A stretch of 32,000 bases of DNA from Arthrobacter sp. ZGTC131 (GTDB lineage: Bacteria; Actinomycetota; Actinomycetes; Actinomycetales; Micrococcaceae). Within the stretch, counting starts at the first letter, position 1. Each line of letters begins with the position of its first letter. The stretch covers positions 7,409 to 39,408 of the forward strand of contig NZ_PJIK01000013.1 of NCBI RefSeq assembly GCF_002929275.1. The letters run 5' to 3'. The notes beneath the pieces are model-generated. The model was given only the letters and a program-made list of their open reading frames with translations, was not told the DNA's origin and made no database searches. This document shows positions 1-9,092 of the stretch, one piece after another. Made by a program: the position numbers and the translations under genes.

Positions 1-33
1 CCGCGCGCTGCGGGCGGAGGCCGCAGGCATTAC

Positions 34-55
34 TGTCGGTGCCTTAGGGCATGAT
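34..55 (+). promoter_or_regulatory. Putative RecA-independent DNA-damage (RecA-NDp / PafBC-type) promoter giving a leaderless lhr mRNA
   Basis: TGTCGGTG (34-41), 8 nt, CATGAT (50-55), 6 nt, then ATG at 62. This fits the actinobacterial pattern tTGTCRgtg-N8-TAnnnT except for the first base of the -10. Confidence 0.35.
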
Positions 56-61
56 GGAGGC

Positions 62-3000
62 ATGCAGTCGCAGGAGCCCGCCGGCACATCCGGCGGCACA
101 TCTACGGTGGACTCGATGGGCCAGTTCAGCCGGCCCACCCGGGAGTGGTTCCTGGGTGCCTTCTCCGAGCCCACGCCCGCCCAGCAGGGCGCCTGGGCGG
201 CCATCTCCTCCGGTTCGCACGCCCTCGTGGTGGCACCCACGGGGTCTGGTAAAACCCTGGCGGCATTCCTCTGGGCGCTGGACCGGCTGCTGGTGTCCGG
301 AGCGGCAATCCCCACGGAGCTGCCGGGCCTGGAGGAACCTCCCGCCGGAGTCGCGGGCGGCTCCCGGGCGGCCAAACAGCCCCGGGCCAGGAAGCCCAAG
401 CGGAAAACCCGCGTGCTGTACATTTCACCGCTCAAGGCGCTTGGCGTCGACGTCGAACGCAACCTCCGCTCGCCCCTCATCGGCATCACGCAGACGGCCA
501 AGCGGCTGGACCTGCCCGCCCCGCTGATCACCGTCGGCGTCAGGTCCGGCGATACACCGGCCTCGGACCGCCGCGCCCTGCTCAGCAACCCGCCGGACAT
601 TCTCATCACCACCCCGGAGTCCCTGTTCCTCATGCTGACGTCCAGAGCCCGGGAGACTCTGAGCGAGGTGGACACCGTCATCGTCGATGAGGTCCATGCC
701 GTGGCCGGCACCAAGCGCGGGGCACACCTCGCGGTCTCGCTGGAGCGCCTCGATGCCCTGCTGCCCAAGCCCGCCCAGCGGATCGGCCTGTCCGCCACGG
801 TGGAGCCGCGGGAGCTCGTGGCGCAGTTCCTGGCCGGTTCTGCTCCGGTCCAGATCGTGGCGCCGCCCTCCCGCAAGAACTGGGATCTTACCGTGTCCGT
901 TCCCGTGGAGGACATGTCCGATCTTCAGGGCGCCGCCGGCGCCTTCGATTCCGGCCCCGCCTCAGGGCTACAGCCGCAGGCTTCGATCTGGCCCCACGTG
1001 GAGGAAAAGATCGTGGACCTGGTGCTGGCGAACCAGTCCACCATCGTCTTCGCCAACTCACGGCGCCTGGCGGAACGGCTGACGGCGCGGCTGAACGAGA
1101 TCCACGCCGAACGGCAGCTCATGACGGTCGGCGGCGGCTGGGAGGACCCGTCACCGTCCGCGGCCGGGATCCTGCCGACGTCCACGGCCACACCCGCACA
1201 TATGATGGCCCAGGCCGGGAGCACGGCAGGCGCCGATCCCCTGCTCGCCAGGGCCCACCACGGCTCGGTGTCCAAGGACCAGCGGGCGATGATCGAGGAC
1301 GACCTCAAATCCGGGCGCCTGCGCTGCGTCGTGGCCACGTCCTCCCTGGAACTCGGCATCGACATGGGCGCGGTGGACCTGGTGGTGCAGGTGGAATCGC
1401 CGCCCTCGGTGGCCAGCGGACTGCAGCGGGTGGGCCGTGCCGGCCACCAGGTGGGCGAAGTCTCGCAGGGATATCTCTTCCCCAAGCACCGCGCCGACCT
1501 CGTCCACACGGCCATCACGGTGGAACGCATGCTGGACGGCAAAATCGAGCGCCTCAGCGTTCCGGCCAACCCCCTCGACATCCTGGCCCAGCAGACCGTC
1601 GCCGCGACGGCCCTCGGCAGCATCGACGTGGAGGAGTGGTTTTCCACTGTGCGGCGGTCCGCACCCTTTGCCACGCTCCCCCGCTCCGCCTTCGAAGCCA
1701 CCCTGGACCTGCTCGCCGGACGCTACCCCTCGGACGAATTCGCCGAGCTCCGTCCGCGCATCATCTGGGACCGCAACGCCGGCACCATCGAAGGAAGGCC
1801 GGGGGCGCAGCGCCTCGCCGTCACCTCCGGCGGAACCATCCCGGACCGCGGCCTGTTCGGCGTCTACATCATCGGCACCGAAGCGGAAGGGGCGGCCTCC
1901 CCCGGCGGAGCAGCAGGGGACGGCAAGGCCTCCGGTACCGCGTCGCCGGCAAAAGGCGGCCGGCGCGTCGGCGAACTCGATGAGGAGATGGTCTACGAAT
2001 CCCGCGTGGGCGACATCTTCGCCCTCGGGGCCACGAGCTGGAAAATCGAGGACATCACCCACGACCGCGTGCTCGTCTCGCCCGCCTTCGGCCAGCCCGG
2101 AAAGCTCCCCTTCTGGAAAGGCGACTCGCTGGGACGGCCGGTTGACCTGGGCCGCGCCCTCGGCGCGTTCGTCCGCGAACTGTCAGCGTCCGACGTCGGC
2201 CCCGCCACCGAACGCTGCAAGGCCAGCGGTTTGGACGACTTCGCCGCCAACAACCTGCTGCAGTACCTCAACGAACAAAAGCTGGCCACCGAGGTGGTCC
2301 CCAGCGATACGACCCTCGTGGTGGAACGCTTCCACGACGAACTCGGCGACTGGCGGGTCATCCTCCACAGCCCGTTCGGCATGCCGGTCCACGCGCCGTG
2401 GGCTCTTGCGGTGGGCCAGCGCCTGCACCAGCGCTACGGCCTGGACGGGTCCGCCATGGCGGCCGACGACGGCATTGTGCTCCGCGTCCCCATGATGGAG
2501 GACGAACCGCCGGGCGCCGAGCTGTTCCTGTTCGACCCCGAGGAGCTGGAGCAGATCGTCACGGCCGAGGTGGGCGGCAGTGCCCTCTTCGCCTCCCGTT
2601 TCCGCGAGTGCGCGGCCCGGGCCCTGCTGCTGCCGCGGCAGACGCCCGGAAAACGGCAGCCGCTGTGGCAGCAGCGCCAGCGGTCCGCCCAGCTGCTGGA
2701 TGTCGCGCGAAAGTACCCTTCCTTCCCCATCGTGCTGGAAACCGTTCGGGAATGCCTGCAGGATGTGTACGATCTTCCGGCCCTGAAAGAAATCGCGGCA
2801 TCCGTGGAACGCCGGGAACTGCGGATCGTGCAGACAACCACGCAGCAGCCGTCGCCGTTCGCGAAGTCGCTGCTCTTCGGTTACGTGGCGCAGTTCCTTT
2901 ACGAGGGCGACTCCCCGCTGGCCGAGCGCCGTGCCGCCGCGCTGGCCCTGGACTCCACCCTGCTCAACGAACTCCTGGGCCGCGTGGAGCTGCGAGAACT

Positions 3001-5113
3001 CCTGGACGCCAGGGTCATCGAAGCCACCGAGCGCGAACTGCAGCGCCTCGCTCCAGACCGTAAAGTCCGCGGCGTCGAGGGCGTGGCCGACCTGCTGCGG
3101 CTCCTCGGTCCGCTGGCCCCGGAGGAAGTGGCCGCCAGGCTCACGCCGCTGACGGTTGAGCCTGCCGAAGCCGAGCGACCGCCGGTTGAGCCTGCCGAAG
3201 CCGAGCCTGCCGAAGCCGTGCCTGACGAGACCGTCGTCGCGGACGCCGTCGCACACCTCGCCGCGCTGCAGCGGGCCAACCGGGCCATCAAGGTCTCCAT
3301 CGGCGGCGTCGAGCGGTTTGCGGCGGTTGAAGATGCCGCAAGGCTGCGCGACGCCATCGGGGTCCCGCTTCCCATGGGCGTGCCCCTGGCTTTCATCGAG
3401 CCGGTGGCGGATCCCCTGGGCGACCTCGTCTCGCGCTATGCGCGAACCCACGGACCCTTCACGGCAACGGAAGCCGCGGCCAGGCTGGGACTTGGCGTGG
3501 CCGTCGTCGGTACGGCCCTGAAGCGGCTCGCGGCGGACGGCCGAGTGGTGGAGGGCGAGTTCCGGCCCCACACCGAGCCAGCAGCCAACCAGACTGCCAC
3601 GGCCCCAACTGCATCCGCACCCGCGCCTGACGCCCCTGCGCCCGCGTCCGCCACCACCGCCGCCGCCGGCAGCGAGTGGTGCGACGCCGAAGTCCTGCGC
3701 AAACTGCGGCGCCGTTCCCTGGCCGCACTTCGTGCCGAAGTGGAACCGGTGGATGCCACAGCCTACGGGCGGTTCCTGCCCGCCTGGCAGAACGTCCGCA
3801 CCCCGGGAACCGGCCGCGGTCAGCCGGCGCTGCGCGGGCTGGACGGGATAGTGACGGCCATCGATCAGTTGTCCGGAGTGCCTGTTCCGGCGTCGGCGTG
3901 GGAACCCCTGGTGCTGGCCAGCCGGATATCGAACTATCAGCCGGCCATGCTGGACGAACTGATGGCAGCCGGCGAGGTTCTCTGGTCCGGTGCCGGCTCC
4001 CTGCCCGGCAATGACGGCTGGATCAGCCTGCATCTGGCGGACTCGGCTGAACTGACCCTGAACCCGGCGGTCGACTTCGAACCCGGGGACTCCCAGCAAC
4101 GGTTGCTGGATTACCTCCAGACCAACGGCGGTGGCTACTTCTTCCGCCAACTGACGGAAGTGGCCGGCGGAATGGACTTGGTCCTCAGCGACCAGGAAGT
4201 GGTGTCCGCGCTGTGGGACCTCGCCTGGGCCGGCCGGGTAACCGGAGACACGTTCGCCCCCGTCCGGGCCTTGATCGCCGGCGGACACACCGCCCACCGG
4301 CAGGTTGCCCGGGCACCGCGCGCCCGTGCCCCGCGGATGAGCCGGCTGGGGCGCTCGCACGGAACCGGGCTGCTCGGTTCCCCCGGGCTCAGCGGTGGAC
4401 GGTACGGATCAGTCACCGGTTCTGCCCCCACACCCCCGCTGGCGGCCGGGCGCTGGTCGGCGCTCCCGGCGCCTGAGCTCGACGCCACTATCCACGCCCG
4501 CGCCACTGCCGAGCTGCTCCTCGACCGTTACGGCGTGGTCACGCGCGGCTCAGTCATGGCCGAAAACATCCTGGGCGGGTTCGGGCTCATGTACAAGGTG
4601 CTGGCCCGGCTCGAGGAGGCCGGACGCTGCCGGCGCGGGTACTTCATCGAGCACCTCGGGGCGGCCCAGTTCGCAGTGCCCGCCACGGTGGACCGCCTGC
4701 GTTCCTATTCGGAGGACACCCAGCTGGCCAAACCGGAACCCGTGGCCCTGGCCCTCGCCGCCACCGATCCCGCTAACCCGTACGGCGCCGCCCTGCCGTG
4801 GCCCGCCCTCAGCGTCGAGGCCGGCAGCGGCCACCGGCCCGGGCGGAAGGCGGGGGCGCTTGTGGTGATGGTCGACGGCGCGCTGGTGCTCTACGTGGAA
4901 CGCGGCGGAAAAACCCTGCTCGTCTTCACCGAGGACCAGCCCGTTCTCGCCGCCGCCGGCGCCGCCCTCGTGGACGTGGTGAAGCGGGGCGCCGTGGACA
5001 AACTCGTCATGGAGAAGGTCAACGGCCACGGCATCCTGGACACCCCGGTGGCATCCGCCCTGACCCACGCCGGGGCCTACTCCACTCCGAAAGGACTGAG
5101 AATCCGTGCCTGA
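62..5113 (+). CDS. lhr: Lhr-family large ATP-dependent DNA helicase (1683 aa)
   Basis: SF2 helicase motifs are present: APTGSGKT (I), DEVH (II), LSAT (III), QRVGRAGH (VI). A very long Lhr-type C-terminal extension follows. An alternative start is the ATG at 116 (MGQFSRPTREWF). Confidence 0.95.
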   Translation: MQSQEPAGTSGGTSTVDSMGQFSRPTREWFLGAFSEPTPAQQGAWAAISSGSHALVVAPTGSGKTLAAFLWALDRLLVSGAAIPTELPGLEEPPAGVAGGSRAAKQPRARKPKRKTRVLYISPLKALGVDVERNLRSPLIGITQTAKRLDLPAPLITVGVRSGDTPASDRRALLSNPPDILITTPESLFLMLTSRARETLSEVDTVIVDEVHAVAGTKRGAHLAVSLERLDALLPKPAQRIGLSATVEPRELVAQFLAGSAPVQIVAPPSRKNWDLTVSVPVEDMSDLQGAAGAFDSGPASGLQPQASIWPHVEEKIVDLVLANQSTIVFANSRRLAERLTARLNEIHAERQLMTVGGGWEDPSPSAAGILPTSTATPAHMMAQAGSTAGADPLLARAHHGSVSKDQRAMIEDDLKSGRLRCVVATSSLELGIDMGAVDLVVQVESPPSVASGLQRVGRAGHQVGEVSQGYLFPKHRADLVHTAITVERMLDGKIERLSVPANPLDILAQQTVAATALGSIDVEEWFSTVRRSAPFATLPRSAFEATLDLLAGRYPSDEFAELRPRIIWDRNAGTIEGRPGAQRLAVTSGGTIPDRGLFGVYIIGTEAEGAASPGGAAGDGKASGTASPAKGGRRVGELDEEMVYESRVGDIFALGATSWKIEDITHDRVLVSPAFGQPGKLPFWKGDSLGRPVDLGRALGAFVRELSASDVGPATERCKASGLDDFAANNLLQYLNEQKLATEVVPSDTTLVVERFHDELGDWRVILHSPFGMPVHAPWALAVGQRLHQRYGLDGSAMAADDGIVLRVPMMEDEPPGAELFLFDPEELEQIVTAEVGGSALFASRFRECAARALLLPRQTPGKRQPLWQQRQRSAQLLDVARKYPSFPIVLETVRECLQDVYDLPALKEIAASVERRELRIVQTTTQQPSPFAKSLLFGYVAQFLYEGDSPLAERRAAALALDSTLLNELLGRVELRELLDARVIEATERELQRLAPDRKVRGVEGVADLLRLLGPLAPEEVAARLTPLTVEPAEAERPPVEPAEAEPAEAVPDETVVADAVAHLAALQRANRAIKVSIGGVERFAAVEDAARLRDAIGVPLPMGVPLAFIEPVADPLGDLVSRYARTHGPFTATEAAARLGLGVAVVGTALKRLAADGRVVEGEFRPHTEPAANQTATAPTASAPAPDAPAPASATTAAAGSEWCDAEVLRKLRRRSLAALRAEVEPVDATAYGRFLPAWQNVRTPGTGRGQPALRGLDGIVTAIDQLSGVPVPASAWEPLVLASRISNYQPAMLDELMAAGEVLWSGAGSLPGNDGWISLHLADSAELTLNPAVDFEPGDSQQRLLDYLQTNGGGYFFRQLTEVAGGMDLVLSDQEVVSALWDLAWAGRVTGDTFAPVRALIAGGHTAHRQVARAPRARAPRMSRLGRSHGTGLLGSPGLSGGRYGSVTGSAPTPPLAAGRWSALPAPELDATIHARATAELLLDRYGVVTRGSVMAENILGGFGLMYKVLARLEEAGRCRRGYFIEHLGAAQFAVPATVDRLRSYSEDTQLAKPEPVALALAATDPANPYGAALPWPALSVEAGSGHRPGRKAGALVVMVDGALVLYVERGGKTLLVFTEDQPVLAAAGAALVDVVKRGAVDKLVMEKVNGHGILDTPVASALTHAGAYSTPKGLRIRA
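3153..3220 (+). repeat. In-frame tandem repeat inside lhr (30-bp unit x2 plus a nested 15-bp partial copy)
   Basis: cggttgagcctgccgaagccgagc occurs at 3153-3176 and 3183-3206, and cctgccgaagccg again at 3206-3218. It encodes VEPAEAERPPVEPAEAEPAEAV. Confidence 0.8.
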
Positions 5114-5978
5114 GGGCGATTCCGTCTGGCGTGCGGCGAACCAGCTGCACGCGGCCCTTGCCGGGCAAATACTGCTGGCCTCCGACTTCCGCGTTCCCCG
5201 CTTCGCGACGCTGAACCTCCGGGACTGGACTGTCCAGGAAGTGGTGCCGCGCGGAAAGCACCTGCTCATGCGCCTGGTGGGTCCGGCCGACGACCGGCTG
5301 ACCATCCATTCGCACCTCAAGATGGAAGGCAGCTGGCAGGTCTACCCGCCAGGCGGCCGGTGGCGCAAGCCGGGCTTCACGGCAAGATGCGTCCTCCGCA
5401 CGGCGGCGGCAGACGCCGTCGGGTTCTCGCTAGGCATGCTCGAGGTCATCAAGACAGCAGACGAGGACAAGGCCGTCGGATTTCTCGGCCCCGACCTGCT
5501 CGGTCCGGACTGGGACCCTGCCGAGGCCGAACGACGCGTGGCGGCGGCGCCTGACGTTCCGGTCGGAGTTGCCCTGCTGGATCAAAGCAACCTTGCAGGC
5601 ATCGGCAACATCTACCGCTGCGAGGTGTGCTTCCTGGCCGGGGTCCACCCGGCGTCCCCCGTCGCCGCCGTGACGGATCTGCCCGCCATGTTCGCGGATG
5701 CCAAGCAGCTCCTCGAGGCCAACCTTGGACCCGGCCGGCGCACCACACTGCTCAACGCGCGTGGCACTCCCGTGGGCCGCGCGGCCGGCCGGCCCGGTTA
5801 CTGGGTCTACCGGCGTGAGCACCAGCCCTGCCTGCGCTGCCGGACCCCCATCCGACGCAGCGTGCTGGGCAAGACGCTGCCCGCGGGATCGGCGAGATCG
5901 GTGGATCTGGTCACCGAGGAGCGGGACATATACTTCTGCCCCAAATGCCAGCCGCTGATCGGTGTCGGCCAGCCCTGA
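5106..5978 (+). CDS. nei: Fpg/Nei-family DNA glycosylase (endonuclease VIII, Nei2-like)
   Basis: The N-terminus MPEGDS carries the catalytic Pro2/Glu3. An H2TH segment (LLDQSNLAGIGNIYRCEVCF) and a C-terminal CxxC...CxxC zinc finger are present. The GTG start overlaps the lhr stop by 8 nt. Confidence 0.9.
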   Translation: MPEGDSVWRAANQLHAALAGQILLASDFRVPRFATLNLRDWTVQEVVPRGKHLLMRLVGPADDRLTIHSHLKMEGSWQVYPPGGRWRKPGFTARCVLRTAAADAVGFSLGMLEVIKTADEDKAVGFLGPDLLGPDWDPAEAERRVAAAPDVPVGVALLDQSNLAGIGNIYRCEVCFLAGVHPASPVAAVTDLPAMFADAKQLLEANLGPGRRTTLLNARGTPVGRAAGRPGYWVYRREHQPCLRCRTPIRRSVLGKTLPAGSARSVDLVTEERDIYFCPKCQPLIGVGQP

Positions 5979-6039
5979 CGCACCGCTCACCATGTCCCGT
6001 AGGCCCGTCTCTTGCGCCGGGGGATGACGAGGTTGCGGC

Positions 6040-6708
6040 TCAGGAAGTGGCCACCGTTTCCCCGGCCTCTTCCGCAGCATTCTCCGTACGGGCCTGACCG
6101 GGGACCTGGGCGGGGGCCTGGGAAGGGATGGCCGCCGGGACCATGAAGCGCGGCAGCAGGAGCTGGACCAAGGGACCGATGGCCAGCGCATAGACGACGG
6201 TGCCCACCCCCACCGAACCGCCCAGCAGCCAGCCCGCGGCGAGGACCACCACTTCAATCAGTGTCCGGGACACCCGGACGGACCATCCCGTGCGCCGTGC
6301 CAGGCCGGTCATGAGTCCGTCGCGGGCACCCGGGCCGAAGCGTGCGCCGATGTAGCAGGCTGAAGCAATCGCGTTGAGCACCACGGCGCCTCCCAGCAGG
6401 GCAATCTGCCCGCCGAGGTGGGAGAAGGACGGGATCATCGCCAGGCCGACATCGGCGAACACCCCTACCAGCACGGCGTTGCAGAGTGTGCCGAACCCCG
6501 GCCACTGACGCAGTGGAATCCACAGCAGCAACACGAGGAAGCTGACGATGATCACCACTGCACCGATGCTCAGCCCGGTGCGTCCAGCCACGCCCTGGTG
6601 AAACACGTCCCAGGGGTCCAGGCCGAGTCCGGCACGGATGAACATGGCCAAGGAAATGCCGTACATGGCGAGGCCGGTGAAGAGCTGTACGAGTCTGCGA
6701 GTCATCAT
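6040..6708 (-). CDS. yczE: YczE-like polytopic membrane protein (222 aa)
   Basis: Only the C-terminal 222 codons of track ORF 6040-7560 look like protein (MMTRRLVQLFTGLAMYGISLAMFIRAGLGLDPWDVF..., about 6 TM segments). An AGGATGG SD-like element lies upstream of the ATG at 6708. It is divergent from a MocR regulator, as in the B. subtilis yczE/yczR pair. Confidence 0.8.
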   Translation of the reverse strand: MMTRRLVQLFTGLAMYGISLAMFIRAGLGLDPWDVFHQGVAGRTGLSIGAVVIIVSFLVLLLWIPLRQWPGFGTLCNAVLVGVFADVGLAMIPSFSHLGGQIALLGGAVVLNAIASACYIGARFGPGARDGLMTGLARRTGWSVRVSRTLIEVVVLAAGWLLGGSVGVGTVVYALAIGPLVQLLLPRFMVPAAIPSQAPAQVPGQARTENAAEEAGETVATS

Positions 6709-6727
6709 TGAACCATCCTGAAGGACA

Positions 6728-6766
6728 ACTGGCCTTGTTTTCCATGGCCAGTTTGAGATACTGGCC
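6728..6766. promoter_or_regulatory. Putative MocR operator: ACTGGCC direct repeats with an inverted copy between them
   Basis: ACTGGCC at 6728-6734, GGCCAGT at 6746-6752, ACTGGCC at 6760-6766, with the direct copies 32 bp apart. This lies in the 60-bp yczE/mocR divergent intergenic region. GATACT (6757-6762) sits 6 nt before the mocR ATG. Confidence 0.35.
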
Positions 6767-6768
6767 TG

Positions 6769-8253
6769 ATGACCAGCTCCCTGACTCCCACCGCCCTCGC
6801 ACGGCTGCTCGGCCAGTGGCACCTCGGCGCCGGGCCCGCCTACCGCGAGCTGGCCGACGTCGTCCGCCTTCTGGTCCTGGACGGCCGCATCCCCCTGGGC
6901 ACCGCACTCCCCAGCGAGCGGACCCTGTCCGCCACGCTCGCGGTCAGCCGCACTACAGTGACGGCAGCCTATGCCAGCCTGCGCGACCAGGGTTTCCTGA
7001 GCAGCGGCCAAGGCACGCGCGGCCGCACCTGCCTGCCCCGGACCGCAGGGCAGTCCACAGGACCAAGGGGTGAGGCGGGCGCAGGGCTGTCCGGGGCGCC
7101 GGGACTCGCGGTTCCGGACGGCGTCATCGACCTCGCCTATGCTTCCCTCCCGGCCAGCGGCGAAGCCGTGCACCGGGCGTTCGCCGCAGCCCTGACGGAA
7201 CTGCCTGCCCTGTTGCCTGGATTCGGCTACGACGCCCTCGGCGTTCCGGCCCTCCGCGAAGCAATTGCCGGGAGGTACACCGCCGTCGGAGTCCCCACCT
7301 CGGCGGCGCAGATTTTGGTGACCTCGGGCGCCCAGCATGCGCTGAACATCGTGCTGCGCACACTCGTCGGCCGGCAGGACCGGGTCCTGGTGGAGCACCC
7401 CACGTACCCGAATGCGCTGGATGCCATCCGCGCCGCTGGCGGCAGGATGGTGCCGGTGGCGCTGCCGCCTGCACCCGAGACCGGCTGGGACATCGCCGCC
7501 ACGGAAGCGGCACTGATGCAGCAGCGGCCCAAAATGGCCTACATGGTGCCAGACTTCCACAACCCCACGGGCCGACTGATGCCTGATTCCCAGCGCCGCC
7601 GGCTGGTCCGGGCAGCCGCTGCGGCAGGCACCATCCTGGTGGCGGATGAAACCCTTCGCGAGCTGAACCTCGACGGCGGCACCGCGGCGCCGATGGCCTC
7701 CTTCAGTCCGGCGGTGGTGTCCATCGGATCACTGAGCAAGTCCCACTGGGCCGGCATGCGCACGGGTTGGATCCGCGCCTCCGAAGGCATGATCCAGCGC
7801 TTCGCCGCCATCCGCACCACCATGGATCTCGGCGGGCCCGTGGTGGAGCAGCTCGCGGCCGCGCACCTGGTGCGCAATCTGGCGGAGCCGCTGCCCGGCC
7901 GGCTGGCCGCGCTGCGGAAGAACCGCTCGGCGCTGCTGGAACTGCTGCGCGGCCATTTGCCGCAGTGGCAGCCCGAACGGCCCGACGGCGGCCTGGCCGT
8001 CTGGTGCCGGCTCCCCGCTCCCAGCAGCACGGCCCTGACCGTGATCGCCCCGGAGCTTGGCATCCGCCTTGCGGCGGGCCCGCGCTTCGGCGTGGGCGGC
8101 GTCTTCGAAAACCATCTCCGCATCCCCTTCACGCTGCCGCCGGACCAGCTGGAAACGGCGGTCCTGGCCCTGCGCTCGGCCCAGGACAGGCTGGACGCCG
8201 CCCCGCAACTGCGCCGGACGCTCCGGAACTCCCCCGCCGTCGCCATCGCCTGA
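6769..8253 (+). CDS. MocR/GabR-type regulator (GntR wHTH fused to a fold-type-I aminotransferase-like domain)
   Basis: N-terminal wHTH: LPSERTLSATLAVSRTTVTAAYASLRDQGFL. The C-terminal aminotransferase-like domain carries the PLP-lysine motif SLSKSHWAGMRTGW. Confidence 0.9.
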   Translation: MTSSLTPTALARLLGQWHLGAGPAYRELADVVRLLVLDGRIPLGTALPSERTLSATLAVSRTTVTAAYASLRDQGFLSSGQGTRGRTCLPRTAGQSTGPRGEAGAGLSGAPGLAVPDGVIDLAYASLPASGEAVHRAFAAALTELPALLPGFGYDALGVPALREAIAGRYTAVGVPTSAAQILVTSGAQHALNIVLRTLVGRQDRVLVEHPTYPNALDAIRAAGGRMVPVALPPAPETGWDIAATEAALMQQRPKMAYMVPDFHNPTGRLMPDSQRRRLVRAAAAAGTILVADETLRELNLDGGTAAPMASFSPAVVSIGSLSKSHWAGMRTGWIRASEGMIQRFAAIRTTMDLGGPVVEQLAAAHLVRNLAEPLPGRLAALRKNRSALLELLRGHLPQWQPERPDGGLAVWCRLPAPSSTALTVIAPELGIRLAAGPRFGVGGVFENHLRIPFTLPPDQLETAVLALRSAQDRLDAAPQLRRTLRNSPAVAIA

Positions 8254-8286
8254 CGCCGGAGTTGTCTGACGCCGGAATTGCCTGGT

Positions 8287-8343
8287 GACGCGCAAAATGC
8301 CCGGGACGCCGTAATTCCGTTGTCGCCAGGCATTTTGCGCGTC
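8287..8343. terminator. Perfect 15-bp stem / 27-nt loop hairpin between convergent genes (I-shaped terminator candidate)
   Basis: gacgcgcaaaatgcc (8287-8301) pairs perfectly with ggcattttgcgcgtc (8329-8343). There is no U-tract on either strand. Confidence 0.4.
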
Positions 8344-8399
8344 TTGGGATCGGTTGCGCGTCGCAGGGCAGGCTCGCCGTGTTCTGCCGTCGTGAAGTG

Positions 8400-9092
8400 C
8401 TACGCGTAGACCTTCGCGAGGAAGCCGCCCCAGGCCGTGGCCGTAGCCGATGAATCCCGGGTGCCGCCGAAGTCGTGCACGGTCATGCCCACCGGGGCGC
8501 CGAAGGAGTTGCGGCCAAAGAACCGGTACAGCGCATCCCCGGTCCGCAGGCCCAGGAAGTGCTCGTTGGAGAAGTCCACCTCCCCTGAAAGCCGCCCGAC
8601 GCCGTCGAGCTCCACGTCTACGGCGTGGCCCGCCGACGCGCCTTCCACGCCGAGCGCCATCTTGAGCCGCACGAAGCCGTCCGGCGACTGGGACGTCGGC
8701 GGCGCCTGCACGTCCGTGAACACCACAGGCCTGCCGTCGAAGTGCCTGAGGTATTGGCCCAGGGTATGCAGGTAAAATTCGGTGTGCTTGCTGGCGCCGT
8801 CGTACTGCCCGTCCCAGTTGTCCACGAAGATGCCGCTGTGGACGTAGTGGAGTTTGGCGCGGCCGCCGTCGAGCGGTTCAAGGACATGCTCCAGCTGGTT
8901 GAACCAGCCGTCCGGCCCGTCCATGCGGGTCACCAGATGACGCGGGTACTCCTCCACCGTCTTCACTGCAGGCCACTGGTCCGTGGGGAACATCCACGCC
9001 GGGGTGTCCTTGGTGACGGCTTCCCAGACGCGCTCGGGGGTGCCGGGCAGTTCGGTATCGAAGACGATCTCGAATTCGCGGTTGTCAGTCAT
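8400..9092 (-). CDS. SRPBCC/AHSA1-like domain protein (230 aa)
   Basis: The N-terminal region MTDNREFEIVFDTELPGTPERVWEAVTKD is typical of Aha1/SRPBCC proteins. The start overlaps the stop of the upstream ArsR gene by 8 nt, a common arsR-SRPBCC pairing. Confidence 0.8.
   Translation of the reverse strand: MTDNREFEIVFDTELPGTPERVWEAVTKDTPAWMFPTDQWPAVKTVEEYPRHLVTRMDGPDGWFNQLEHVLEPLDGGRAKLHYVHSGIFVDNWDGQYDGASKHTEFYLHTLGQYLRHFDGRPVVFTDVQAPPTSQSPDGFVRLKMALGVEGASAGHAVDVELDGVGRLSGEVDFSNEHFLGLRTGDALYRFFGRNSFGAPVGMTVHDFGGTRDSSATATAWGGFLAKVYA

Noticed and set aside
2183-4360. 725-aa ORF antisense to lhr
   Set aside because: It is the mirror-frame shadow of a gene with unambiguous helicase motifs. The product is Arg/Gly/Pro/Ala-rich with no motifs, and long stop-free antisense frames are expected in high-GC DNA.
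6709-7560. N-terminal 284 codons of track ORF 6040-7560 (minus strand)
   Set aside because: This part runs antisense through mocR and is Arg/Gly-rich. Membrane-protein character and an SD begin only at 6708.
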